A DNA stretch of 32,000 bases from Candidatus Baldrarchaeota archaeon. GTDB lineage: Archaea > Asgardarchaeota > Baldrarchaeia > Baldrarchaeales > DXJG01. Below, one piece after another: positions 1-10,009 of the stretch; within the stretch, counting starts at the first letter, position 1, and every line of letters starts with the position of its first letter. Both the position numbers and the translations under genes were made by a program. Location: positions 30,001-62,000 of the forward strand of contig DXJG01000004.1 of NCBI GenBank assembly GCA_019056805.1. Reading direction: 5' to 3'. The notes beneath the pieces were generated by a model, which was not told where the DNA came from, searched no databases, and saw only the letters and a program-made list of their open reading frames with translations.

Positions 1-79
1 GACCTCGTCTAATATCATCTAACCATGAGATCGCTTGAGTTAGATAAAATAACCTATTCCTGACACTCTTCTCAGACAC
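1..79 (-). CDS. 5' end of a gene running off the window edge (MSEKSVRNRLFYLTQAISWLDDIRRG...), product unknown
   Basis: GTG at 79-77 preceded by GGGTGA RBS on the minus strand; open frame to position 1. Confidence 0.45.
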   Translation of the reverse strand, partial: MSEKSVRNRLFYLTQAISWLDDIRRG

Positions 80-248
80 GTGTATCTCACCCAATTTAAA
101 ACATGTAATATTTAATCTGTCAAATAAAGATTGTGACATCTATATTATAGACAATAACGATAGACGATAAAACTTATATGCAACCAAATATACATAAATA
201 ATTTAAAAAATAAAGTTGAAAGTTAACATTTGGAAAGGGTGGAGAATC

Positions 249-1850
249 ATGGGCGAAGAGGGAGTTGTTTTTGTTAGAAGAGCTTCTGGTCTAGTCAGAG
301 AAATAGGATGGTTCTCAGCTCTCACTATGGTTCTTGGACACGTTATCGGCGGTGGAATCAACTGGCACTCAACAATGAGTGCAGTAAAGTACCCTGGATG
401 TGATGTACCCATGGCATTCGTCATAGCAGGAGTTCCAAGTGTTCTTCTCGCATTATGTTTCGCACTAATGGCAGTAATGATGCCAAGAGCTGGAGGAGAC
501 TACATTTACATCACAAGAGCCATGGATCCACTAATAGGCTTCATGGCATCATGGGCCTTCTGGTTCACAGAAGCCATTTCATTCGGAATCATCGGAGCCT
601 TTGACAGCGTATTCTACGGAATGAGCCTCTGGATGTACGGTCTAATGGTCGACAATCCAGGAATAATGAAAGCAGGAGCGTGGATGACAGGTACGGTAGG
701 ACAAATAATTGTAGGATCGTTCTTAGTCATTATATTCTGTATCATAGCCTTATTCGGAACACGAGCATTAGCCTACGTAATGAACATTATCGTTATAATT
801 CCAGTGATAACCGGTTTCCTAACAATAGGATACTTCGCATGGGGAGCAATGAATGCACCGACCATAGCTAAACAAAAGTTCGAGGCAATTTTCGGAGCAG
901 GAACATGGGACAAAGTATGGGATCTTGCAATTGCTGAAGGAATGGATCCAGAAAAATACCGCAGAGGGGCAAGCTGGGCTGCCACAATGGGAATGGCTAC
1001 CCCAGCAACATGGGCCTACATAGGATTCACATGCTCTTCGTTCTTTGGAAGCGAGGTTAAAGACCCAAGCAGAAGCTTAATGATATCCATGTTTATCGGA
1101 GCAGTTCTCATAATGGTCTATTATGTTGTTATCAGCGCAACTTGCTGGGGAGCTTATGGAGACTTTATAACAGCCTACAACTATGCATATGGAGCCAACC
1201 CCGAGGCACTCGCTGGCATACTGGGAGTTCAAGAGGCTCCCGAGGGTATACTTCCATTCTTCGCAGCTATGCTAGCTTATCCGAATACCCCGATTATGGT
1301 TCTCCTGATATTAACCGGTGCTATTTGGCTTATGAACGACATTCCAGCATTCCTCATGGTTACTAGCAGAGCAATATTCGCTTGGAGCTTCGACAGATTC
1401 TTCCCAGAGTTTATAGCTGCAGTTAATGAGAGATGGCACTCCCCACACTGGGCAATCTTCATCACATGTGTAGTAGGACTAATAGGAGTCTTTGCAAACG
1501 CTTATGCTTGGTTCCTTGCAATGGTAGGAACAACAGTTCTCTGCATTTGGAGATATCTGTTTGATGCATTGGCTGCAACAATACTTCCATACAAGAGACC
1601 TGACATATGGGAGAAGGGTCTCAAACTTACCGTGGCAGGTATACCTCTAATCACGGTACTTGGATTCATTGCCTTCACCTGGTGGAGCTACATCTTCTGG
1701 TTCGCCTGCTTAGCTTTAGATCCAATAACAATATTGACATACATGGTTTGGCTGGGCCTTGGTCTCTTCATATTCGTAGGGTACTGGGTCTACAACCAGA
1801 AAAGAGGAATCGATCCAAGAACCATCTACCAAGAGATACCTCCCGCATAA
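249..1850 (+). CDS. APC-superfamily amino acid permease
   Basis: N-terminal FVRRASGLVREI, MPRAGGDYIYITR and SRAIFAWSFDRFFP motifs; about 12 hydrophobic segments; start moved to ATG 249 after a GGTGGAG RBS. Confidence 0.9.
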   Translation: MGEEGVVFVRRASGLVREIGWFSALTMVLGHVIGGGINWHSTMSAVKYPGCDVPMAFVIAGVPSVLLALCFALMAVMMPRAGGDYIYITRAMDPLIGFMASWAFWFTEAISFGIIGAFDSVFYGMSLWMYGLMVDNPGIMKAGAWMTGTVGQIIVGSFLVIIFCIIALFGTRALAYVMNIIVIIPVITGFLTIGYFAWGAMNAPTIAKQKFEAIFGAGTWDKVWDLAIAEGMDPEKYRRGASWAATMGMATPATWAYIGFTCSSFFGSEVKDPSRSLMISMFIGAVLIMVYYVVISATCWGAYGDFITAYNYAYGANPEALAGILGVQEAPEGILPFFAAMLAYPNTPIMVLLILTGAIWLMNDIPAFLMVTSRAIFAWSFDRFFPEFIAAVNERWHSPHWAIFITCVVGLIGVFANAYAWFLAMVGTTVLCIWRYLFDALAATILPYKRPDIWEKGLKLTVAGIPLITVLGFIAFTWWSYIFWFACLALDPITILTYMVWLGLGLFIFVGYWVYNQKRGIDPRTIYQEIPPA

Positions 1851-2124
1851 AACCTTTAATTCAAATATTTTATTTATTTTATTTTCAAATTAATCAGGTT
1901 CAAGCGTTTTTGCTAATGTTTTTAACATGACTGAATACATTATTTTATGACTTAATTTCTTGTTTTTCAGCAAATTCTTCATAGACTTGTTAACAATAAT
2001 TTTTCAAAAGTAGTTAGTGTAGAATAAAATACTATAAACTCTAAAGTATTAAGCTTAATCTACGATGAGGAGCAACATATATAAGTGGTTTATCACTTCC
2101 CATTGCTGTATTCAGGTGACCACT

Positions 2125-2979
2125 ATGTACATTGCTTTAGAAATGGTGTTTTTGTTTTTAATGACAATAGCTGCTGGAATAATAGCTAGTTTAGTGGGTA
2201 TTGGCGGAGGTGTATTTTTTGTTCCCTTATTTAATCTCTTTTTAGGAATGCCTATTGAGGATGCTATTGGAACCTCTCTATGCACAATCATATTCACAGC
2301 TTTATCTGGTAGCCTTTATTATATGAAAGAGAAAAGAGTAGACTACAAAACTGGCCTAATAATGGAAGTTACAACGGTTCCTGGCGTGATAATTGGTGCC
2401 ACTATTACAGAACTATTACCTGAAATTATTCTAAAAACATTATTCTTTTCCTTTCTTTTCTTCTCAGGTTTCAAACTGATTAAGGGAAAAAACGTAAGAA
2501 AGAAGTCGGACGTTACTTTCAACAAACTAGGCTTAAAATTTCTAAACATCGGCTGGAAAAGAACATTTATTGATGCACAAGGCAAAGAATGGTCATATTT
2601 TGTTAATGTACCTGTAATGTTGATAAGCGGGTTCTTTGCTGGTTTTATTTCAGGTCTACTTGGAATAGGGGGAGGAACACTAAAAGTACCTATACTTACA
2701 GTCATATTGGGAATGCCAGTACATATTGCAACAGCAACATCCACTTTTATGATTTTAATCACAAGCGTGAGCGGTGGAGCAACACACCTCTACCTAGGTC
2801 ATGTTTACCTTGAAATAGTTCTGGTAGCTGGTCTTGGAGCAGTCTTAGGTGCACAAATTGGACCTAGATTAAACACAAAAATCTCCTCAAAACATCTAAG
2901 AAAAATAGTTGGAACAGTATTAATTCTAGTTGCTGCAAACATGGCATATAACACTATTCAACTTTTGAAATCACCCTAA
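2125..2979 (+). CDS. Sulfite exporter TauE/SafE (TSUP) family membrane protein
   Basis: Duplicated GIGGG motifs (SLVGIGGGVFFVP; GLLGIGGGTLKVP) and A-x-GTS / ATATS motifs; start ATG 2125 after AGGTGA. Confidence 0.88.
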   Translation: MYIALEMVFLFLMTIAAGIIASLVGIGGGVFFVPLFNLFLGMPIEDAIGTSLCTIIFTALSGSLYYMKEKRVDYKTGLIMEVTTVPGVIIGATITELLPEIILKTLFFSFLFFSGFKLIKGKNVRKKSDVTFNKLGLKFLNIGWKRTFIDAQGKEWSYFVNVPVMLISGFFAGFISGLLGIGGGTLKVPILTVILGMPVHIATATSTFMILITSVSGGATHLYLGHVYLEIVLVAGLGAVLGAQIGPRLNTKISSKHLRKIVGTVLILVAANMAYNTIQLLKSP

Positions 2980-3072
2980 ATTTCTATTTAAAGTCATACA
3001 AAAGAGGATAGACACTTCTGAAAACCCGCACGATATCTATTTTCTGGTTTCATACAACTGAATATCATCATA

Positions 3073-4020
3073 TCACTTTTTTTCCTCTATTACGAGTCTC
3101 GTACTAAGATATCTTGCTCCATAATCTGGAAGAATGGTCACAACTCTTTGTCCATCGCTAAGTCCTAGTTTTTGCCCCAGTCTAATAGCTGCTAATACAT
3201 TAGCTCCCGAAGATATTCCTAAAAAAAGTCCTTCCTCTCTTGCTAAGCGCCTAGCCATTTGGATAGCCTCATCACTACTAATTAACACCCATTCATCAAC
3301 AAGATGTTTATAACGTTTAACGATCTCTGGTACAAAACCGTCACCAATGCCTTCAATTTCATGTCTACCCCATTTACCAAGAGAAATCGTTGGACACTCG
3401 GCGGGCTCCATACCAGCAACATAAACATTTGGATTATGTTCCTTCAATCTCTTAGCAATTCCCATTAAGGTTCCTCCAGTACCAACTCCCGCAACAAAAG
3501 CATCAACCTTGCCTCCAGTTTGCTCAAGAATCTCTTTCCCAGTAGTTTCATAATGTGCTCTAACATTCTCTTTATCATCCCATTGATCAAAGAAATAATA
3601 CTTGTCAGGATGTTCTTCAGCAAGTTTCCGAGAATATTCTAAGGATTGAAAGACGTCGCTTTCACCGCCGGGAGTATGTACAATCTCTGCACCATAAGCT
3701 TTTAAAATAAGCATTCTCTCCTTACTCATCTCCTCAGGTATTACAATCATTACTTTGTACCCAAGATAAGCGCCGACAGCAGCAAAGGCAATTCCTGTGT
3801 TACCAGTAGTTGGAACGACAAGAGTCATTCCAGGCCTAAGTTTCCCACTTTTCTCAGCAGCACGAATCATATAAAGTGCTATACGATCTTTAACACTACC
3901 ACTAGGATTCAAAAACTCGGCTTTAGCCCAAATCTCAAACGGTAAGTCCTTAGTAACCTTTGTTAACTTCAATAAAGGTGTATTACCAATCATTTCAATC
4001 ATATTATTTAAAGACCTCAT
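3073..4020 (-). CDS. cysK: PLP-dependent cysteine synthase family protein (CysK/CysM-like)
   Basis: IGNTPL, KAEFLNPSGSVKDRIA (PLP lysine), TTGNTG, GVGTGGT, IEGIG, GISSGAN motifs; exact substrate not determinable. Confidence 0.85.
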   Translation of the reverse strand: MRSLNNMIEMIGNTPLLKLTKVTKDLPFEIWAKAEFLNPSGSVKDRIALYMIRAAEKSGKLRPGMTLVVPTTGNTGIAFAAVGAYLGYKVMIVIPEEMSKERMLILKAYGAEIVHTPGGESDVFQSLEYSRKLAEEHPDKYYFFDQWDDKENVRAHYETTGKEILEQTGGKVDAFVAGVGTGGTLMGIAKRLKEHNPNVYVAGMEPAECPTISLGKWGRHEIEGIGDGFVPEIVKRYKHLVDEWVLISSDEAIQMARRLAREEGLFLGISSGANVLAAIRLGQKLGLSDGQRVVTILPDYGARYLSTRLVIEEKK

Positions 4021-4628
4021 TTAACTCCCTCAAAACACCTTTTTACGGATTACATGATATGCTAAAATATTTTAACTAAAACATTACTTAATTTTAGCAA
4101 GTCTCAATATCAATATTTCTCTCAATAATGTTTTAATTTTATAATCTCCTTAGATTTGCTTATAATTGTATAAGAGTCTCACTTGAATCTCTTTATTGGT
4201 AAGAAATCAAACTAAAAATATGTAAAATGTAATTTACCTACTTCTCGAATAGAGTTCGAATGTGATGATTGATGTAGTACAAAGCTTCGTGCCTTGATTT
4301 TCAATTCCTCCATCTTACTTACTGCCTCGTTCCTGTTACGAGTACATGAACATATATTTTTGAAAAATTAGAGAGTAAGAGTTTTTCAGAAATATTAGTT
4401 GTCACTTATTGATACGCGACGGCTGCATGAATTATCGAGTCGAAAAACTTATAGGAGAATATGTTTCATAGCCTACTTCTTAAAATGTGGAGGTCTCGCT
4501 CAGAGGCAATTTGTATGGTAAGGAAACAAAAAATAATCTACTTGCAATCTATGGAGTATTCGAGAAAAGAATCTGATACTATCATCAAGCCTTTACAAGG
4601 ATCAAAAACTTAAAAATATTAAAGGAAG

Positions 4629-6188
4629 ATGATAAAGATGGCAACTGACAAATCAAAGAAGTTTTTGTACCTATCCAGTAAAATGCCGGGAAATTCAAGT
4701 GTTGGCCAGCTAAAATACGTTATATATGACGGTATTTTCTCTCGTGCTATGTCAACTTTAACTGGTGGTCCTCTTTTCATAGCTTTCATTCTCTCAATGG
4801 GCGTCAGCAATGCTCTTATAGGTATTATTATAGGCCTCTCTTTTCTAAGTCAACTTTCTCAAATTTCAGCTATATTCTTAGTTGAAAAAACTGGAAAAAG
4901 AAAAATCATATCATTTTTAGCTTCTACCATCAGTAGGTTCCTATGGATAGCAATCGCACTTATACCACTCATTTTCTCGGGAAGTCTGGTTTTCCTTGCA
5001 TTAATTTTCCTAATAGCATCTTCTATTGCAAACATTTCCACCTGTAGCTGGAATTCGTGGATGAGAGACTTAATTCCCATGAATACAAGGGGTAGATTTT
5101 TTGCAAAAAGACTCAAATTGAGCTTTATCCCAGGTATGATTCTAAGTATCCTTGGAGGTATTTTCATAGATTATTGGAGAAAAAATTACCCTGAAAACGA
5201 GCCCTATGGTTATTCTTTTCTTTTCATATTAGGTGCGTTCTTAGGCCTGATAAGTTTATACTTCATTTTACATATTCCTGAAGCCCCAATGGAAAAGAAT
5301 AACGGTTCTCTTAAGATTTTAACTCAACCTTTTAGAGATAAGAACTTTAGGAAACTTGTAATGGCAATAGGCTTATGGAGCTTTGCAGTAAACATGGCTT
5401 CTCCATTCTTCACCGTATACATGTTAAAAATTCTCAATCTTTCAATCTTTCAAATAATGAGTCTAACAGTCATAAGTCAAATATTCAACATATATTTCCT
5501 AGGAATTCTTGGCAAACTTTCTGACAAATTCGGAAACAAACCTGTACTCACAGTGAGCAGCAGCACATTCATAATCTGTATCCTAGCATGGACCTTTACA
5601 ACCTTACCAGAAAAACACCTACTAAGCCTACCCTTACTCATAATAATACATGTATTAATGGGGTTATCGATGGCGGGTACAAATCTAACAATAGGAAACA
5701 TAGCTGCAAAACTATCAAACCCAAAGAACGCCACAACATATCTTGCAAGCATCTCCGTAATAAACTCCATATTCTCTGGAATCGCAGCCATACTCGGAGG
5801 GCAAACAGCAGATTTCTTCATTAAAAGAGAGCTCGCCTTCACACTAGAATGGAAAGAACCGGACAAAGAACTATCAATACACATTCTCGACTTTCAAGGA
5901 TTTGACTTCCACTTTCTACTAGCATCTTTCGTCGGATTCCTTTCCTTGCACCTACTAAACAGGGTTAAAGAAGTAGGTGAAGCTCCAACAGAAAAAGTTA
6001 TGCAAGAAGTTGTAAATGAAGTAAAAAAGGACTTGAAAAACTTAGCAACAATTTGGAAGCCTTATCGTAAAATGCCCCAAATCTTTCAATCACCAACATA
6101 CCTGATGAATGGAAGAAATATAAGAAGAGGAATAAATCCTCCACAACACCCAAACTTCCCTTACACCCATTTTTCTCAGGAAAACTAA
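4629..6188 (+). CDS. MFS transporter
   Basis: About 12 TM segments; LGKLSDKFGNKP motif A-like loop; FRDKNFRK central loop; start may be ATG 4638. Confidence 0.85.
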   Translation: MIKMATDKSKKFLYLSSKMPGNSSVGQLKYVIYDGIFSRAMSTLTGGPLFIAFILSMGVSNALIGIIIGLSFLSQLSQISAIFLVEKTGKRKIISFLASTISRFLWIAIALIPLIFSGSLVFLALIFLIASSIANISTCSWNSWMRDLIPMNTRGRFFAKRLKLSFIPGMILSILGGIFIDYWRKNYPENEPYGYSFLFILGAFLGLISLYFILHIPEAPMEKNNGSLKILTQPFRDKNFRKLVMAIGLWSFAVNMASPFFTVYMLKILNLSIFQIMSLTVISQIFNIYFLGILGKLSDKFGNKPVLTVSSSTFIICILAWTFTTLPEKHLLSLPLLIIIHVLMGLSMAGTNLTIGNIAAKLSNPKNATTYLASISVINSIFSGIAAILGGQTADFFIKRELAFTLEWKEPDKELSIHILDFQGFDFHFLLASFVGFLSLHLLNRVKEVGEAPTEKVMQEVVNEVKKDLKNLATIWKPYRKMPQIFQSPTYLMNGRNIRRGINPPQHPNFPYTHFSQEN

Positions 6189-6274
6189 TCTATACTACAT
6201 TCATACACTATTTCGCTTTATCTTAATAAAAATAGTCTATACCCATATGCAGTGTCAGTTATCTTGGTACATGT

Positions 6275-7186
6275 TTATCTTAAAACTTCCGTTACAGAAA
6301 CTAAGATTACTCCTATAATTATTAATATCGTCCCTAGAAATTGTCTCTTAGAAACTTTTTCCTTTAACACTAATACAGCCAAAAAGAGGGATAAAAGAGG
6401 TGCAGAAGTTGTTAAAGCAGTAGCACGTGCAGCACCAATCTCCGCCAAGCTAATATACAAAAACCAGTCACCTACACCAATCCCTAAAATCCCTCCAAGT
6501 GAAAGAACAAAAAAGGTCTTCCTATCAACATTAGCCTTAATATCATTAAACTTAACAACGAGAAGAGGAAGAAAAACAATTAAAAGAAACAGTATTTTTA
6601 AAGCATCAACTGCAAGGGGATCAGCAGTCCTCACAGATATCCTAAAAATAACTATTGCAATAGCCCAACAACTACTAGCACCCATGGCCGAAATAACACC
6701 TACAACCAGTTTTCTTTTCCCAAGAGGAGTTTTTTGTTCAGGAGCCTTATAAGAAACAAGCCAAACCCCAATAGATGCCAAAAACAAACTTACAATAAGT
6801 GTAAAAGTTATCACCTCTTCAAGAATAAAAGATGCTAAAAAAGCTACAAAAACAGGATACATAAAAGATATGGGGTAACCAATAGAAACACCTACGTTTC
6901 TTAAAGCAATCATATAAAGCGTATCACCCACAACTATCGCTACAATAGTCGCCACAAAAATAATAGTCAAATCATGAATATTCGTCAGAGAAAAATAGAA
7001 ATCATCAATTTTCCCAATAACAACAGCCAGTAAAAGAAGGAAAAGAAGTGTAGGAGCAGCTCTCAAACCATTAGTAATCCAAGGATCAGAAAAACCTGTC
7101 AATGCTTTCCTATAAAGAACAGCAGCCAAAGCCCATGAAAAAGACGCGAGAAACGCAGCTAAAACACCAACCACGTGTCCATTCAA
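6275..7186 (-). CDS. DMT/EamA family transporter
   Basis: Two EamA repeats (ALRNVGVSIG...LEEVIT; SLAEIGAARA...VLKEKVS), about 10 TM; TTG start after GGTGA. Confidence 0.9.
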   Translation of the reverse strand: MNGHVVGVLAAFLASFSWALAAVLYRKALTGFSDPWITNGLRAAPTLLFLLLLAVVIGKIDDFYFSLTNIHDLTIIFVATIVAIVVGDTLYMIALRNVGVSIGYPISFMYPVFVAFLASFILEEVITFTLIVSLFLASIGVWLVSYKAPEQKTPLGKRKLVVGVISAMGASSCWAIAIVIFRISVRTADPLAVDALKILFLLIVFLPLLVVKFNDIKANVDRKTFFVLSLGGILGIGVGDWFLYISLAEIGAARATALTTSAPLLSLFLAVLVLKEKVSKRQFLGTILIIIGVILVSVTEVLR

Positions 7187-7462
7187 AGTCTATTCACCAA
7201 TTCTAGATTCTTAACGAGAGTATAAACACTCAAGAACACTCCAAATATAAATTTTTCACAAACAAGTAATAAACTCCATTTTAAGATATCTTTCTTTTAC
7301 AAGAAGACTTTCTAACTCGTATTCAAGTGGGTGAGATAAAAAGGCGCTACAAAGTAACAAGGGTGTCGAATGATATTTAAATAAAAGATGCGATACGATT
7401 ACAAATCTATAAATATTAAAAGAAAAGTTCTAAGATTAATAAAAAATAATTGGGTGAATATT

Positions 7463-8206
7463 GTGAGCGGAGTTGCTATAGAACATACAGTTGGAGACGT
7501 TTTCTTGGTTAGAAGTGGTACAAAAAGAGAGTTACTGCTGAATTCGCCAAAAAACTGGTCAAATTGAAAAGTGGAGATAAAGTAATCACTGGTAACAATG
7601 GCTACATTACACGTATCTTTGATGAGCCAGGTCCACGAGCTAAGTACGGTTCAATAATTGGTATTTGCCCGAATTCCGAATTGATTTTGAAAATACGTGG
7701 AAAAAGAATTATAGAAATCCAATTGATAAAGGGTATTTTTAAACTTAGTACAGGTTGCCCAATAAGTATGCCTTTCGCAGAGGTGCATTACACTCTTGGT
7801 GCCGCCCATTTTTGGGTAAATGTTGAGAGAGAAGGTAGCAATCGCTGTGGAGGCTGGTCCGATAGAAGTAAAACGCAAGAAACTTGGGAAGAAAATTCAC
7901 TTATATCGAATGTATAAGTCACAGTAACGAGCAACAGTATTTCTGAGAGACCTGAACCAGTTAGTCAGAAATTCAAGGACGCATACAAAAAGAACGATCT
8001 TCATATTTCCATTTGAGGAAATAAGACTAAAGACAAGTTCTGGCGAGATCATAGAAGTTGAAGATGACATATTAGAACACGAGATTCCAGCAAACGAAGA
8101 AGTAAGTGGACAGATCGCATTTATTGTTCCTCCAAACGAAAAAGATTTCATAGTGCTATTCGGGAAAAAGTCCGCCAAGAAAGAGGAAGTAGAAGTAAAA
8201 TTGTAA
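7463..8206 (+). pseudogene. Frameshifted gene: FecR-like N-terminal domain plus Ig-like/DUF4352-like C-terminal segment
   Basis: GTG 7463 after GGGTGA gives MSGVAIEHTVGDVFLVRSG; a -1 frame continues LKSGDKVITGNNG...CPNSEL...IQLIKG (FecR-like); a third segment 7928-8206 encodes EIPANEEVSGQIAFIVPP; stops separate the segments. Confidence 0.55.
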
Positions 8207-8422
8207 CAATCTTCCTAAATTTTTATTAAATCTTATAACCTTTTATTTTTACAGCGTATCATAAATCTCTTAGCTCCATTCATTGGGTAATGGTTGTTAG
8301 CTTCAATTACCTTAATTTGCATTCTAAGTAAAAGTGTCGTGAAAGGATGATTTTACGAAATGTCTTGTTAACTTGGTAACAAGATTACAAAAACGTGTCT
8401 TAAAATGCTTGGGGTGAGCATT

Positions 8423-9109
8423 ATGTACCTTGATGAGAAGGTCAAATCGTTATATGACAAGTATGCTAAGATCCCTTTGTTGTTATATTTAGATGCATTG
8501 TTTGGTAGAGCCACGGAGAATTCTATTTATCGAAAAAAGGCTATTGCTTCCTTAAAATTAACCGCAAACTCTATTGTTCTTGACGTTGCTTGTGGCATAG
8601 GGTTCAATTTCAAGATTATAGAGAGTTATTTGAAAAATAGCGGAAAGATTGTTGGAATCGATATTTCCCCCGAATCTTTGAGGGTGGCAAAGAAGAGAAT
8701 TGCAAAACATAAGTGGACAAACATTGAACTTGTGAATATGAGTATTACAGATTATGAACCTAGAATACGCTTTGATGCAATACTTTGCACATTTGCTATG
8801 GAGATAATACCAGATTACAAGGCAGCAATTGAAAAGATATTCAATCTACTTAAACCACAAGGAAGATTCGCTATGATAGGAATGAAACTTAGTACTAAAA
8901 TATCATACAAGCTTTTAAATCCTCTTTTTGAATGGTTTGCAAGAGAAGGAGGAATTGACCTACATAGAAACATCGTTGCGCTCATTAAATCAAAATTTAA
9001 CAAAATTGATTACTACGAAGAATCTTTTTCGGTTTCTATTACATTCTGGGTACATCTAAACCCTACTAACCTGAATATAACCGTGATGAATGTACCTTTT
9101 GGTGATTAA
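8423..9109 (+). CDS. Class I SAM-dependent methyltransferase (UbiE/Methyltransf-like)
   Basis: VLDVACGIG motif I, GIDIS motif II, FDAILCTF, LKPQGRF; start ATG 8423 after GGGGTGA; C-terminus possibly frameshifted. Confidence 0.85.
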   Translation: MYLDEKVKSLYDKYAKIPLLLYLDALFGRATENSIYRKKAIASLKLTANSIVLDVACGIGFNFKIIESYLKNSGKIVGIDISPESLRVAKKRIAKHKWTNIELVNMSITDYEPRIRFDAILCTFAMEIIPDYKAAIEKIFNLLKPQGRFAMIGMKLSTKISYKLLNPLFEWFAREGGIDLHRNIVALIKSKFNKIDYYEESFSVSITFWVHLNPTNLNITVMNVPFGD

Positions 9110-9180
9110 AATTCTATAAATTAATAAACTCCAATTTTTCATATTAATGAGTATGTTGAATCAAAGTGGAGGCTAAATTT

Positions 9181-9504
9181 ATGTTGAAGGAATCTTTCAG
9201 GATCGTGCTAATTACATGTGGCAGTAGGGAAGAAGCTGAAAAAATATCTAAAATTTTGGTTGAGAAAAAACTTGCAGCATGTGTTAATATTTTATCGAAT
9301 GTTAAATCATATTTCTGGTGGGAAGGAAAAATCGACGAAGCAGATGAACATTTATTAATAATTAAAACTAAAGCTGAGAAAATAAAAGAATTAATTGAAA
9401 GAGTTAAGAAAATTCATAGCTATAGTGTCCCAGAAATAATTTCTCTGCCAATTTTAGAGGGAAATAAAGAATATCTTAAGTGGATTGGTGACTCGTTGAA
9501 ATAA
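9181..9504 (+). CDS. cutA: Divalent-cation tolerance protein CutA
   Basis: VLITCGSREEAEKI, LVEKKLAACVN, SYFWWEGKI, IHSYSVPEII motifs; GGAGG RBS before ATG 9181. Confidence 0.95.
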   Translation: MLKESFRIVLITCGSREEAEKISKILVEKKLAACVNILSNVKSYFWWEGKIDEADEHLLIIKTKAEKIKELIERVKKIHSYSVPEIISLPILEGNKEYLKWIGDSLK

Positions 9505-9522
9505 AAGTGCGTTGAGATTTGT

Positions 9523-9882
9523 TTAAGCAGTACCAAGTAGGTCTATTATAGCAGCTAAAAGTATTAAAATGGCTCCTAGTCCACCACCGAAAATCAGAGA
9601 AACGAATCCGAGTACGAGTAGAACTGGCCAATTCATTTCGGTTTTCAAGGAGATTTTTATAACGTCATAACTTGCAAAGATAATTAGTCCAATTAAAATG
9701 AGTATTATACCATCGATTATTCGTCCTAAGCCGAACAATATCATTTTCCCATGAAACATCCATGAAATAGTTAAACTTATCCCAATGATGTAAGCAAATC
9801 CATATATCAATAGTAAAGTCGCGCCAATTAACGCTAACACTTCTGCGAGAATTCTAAACCCACTTTTACTCTTTTTCGGCAT
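9523..9882 (-). CDS. Small hypothetical membrane protein (about 4 TM)
   Basis: 119 aa, hydrophobic helices, GGGLGAILIL C-terminal helix, GGTGA RBS. Confidence 0.7.
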   Translation of the reverse strand: MPKKSKSGFRILAEVLALIGATLLLIYGFAYIIGISLTISWMFHGKMILFGLGRIIDGIILILIGLIIFASYDVIKISLKTEMNWPVLLVLGFVSLIFGGGLGAILILLAAIIDLLGTA

Positions 9883-10009
9883 AAAATCACCTATAAACTT
9901 TTAATGGTCTCATATTAACGACTTTACAATGTTCTTTTATCTGCCTTATTAATATAACTGGGTAAAAACTTATGTAAAATATTACGGTTAAAAGAAAAAT
10001 AAATTCGTA

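Noticed and set aside
4461-4613. 50-codon ORF (MFHSLLLKMW...) after GGAG upstream of the MFS gene
   Set aside because: No recognisable motif or paralogue; cannot be distinguished from a chance ORF or remnant
6252-6752. 166-aa plus-strand ORF and other 60-160 aa track ORFs opposite real genes
   Set aside because: Antisense shadows of hydrophobic or well-supported genes (EamA, TauE, MFS, nadC, rib genes)
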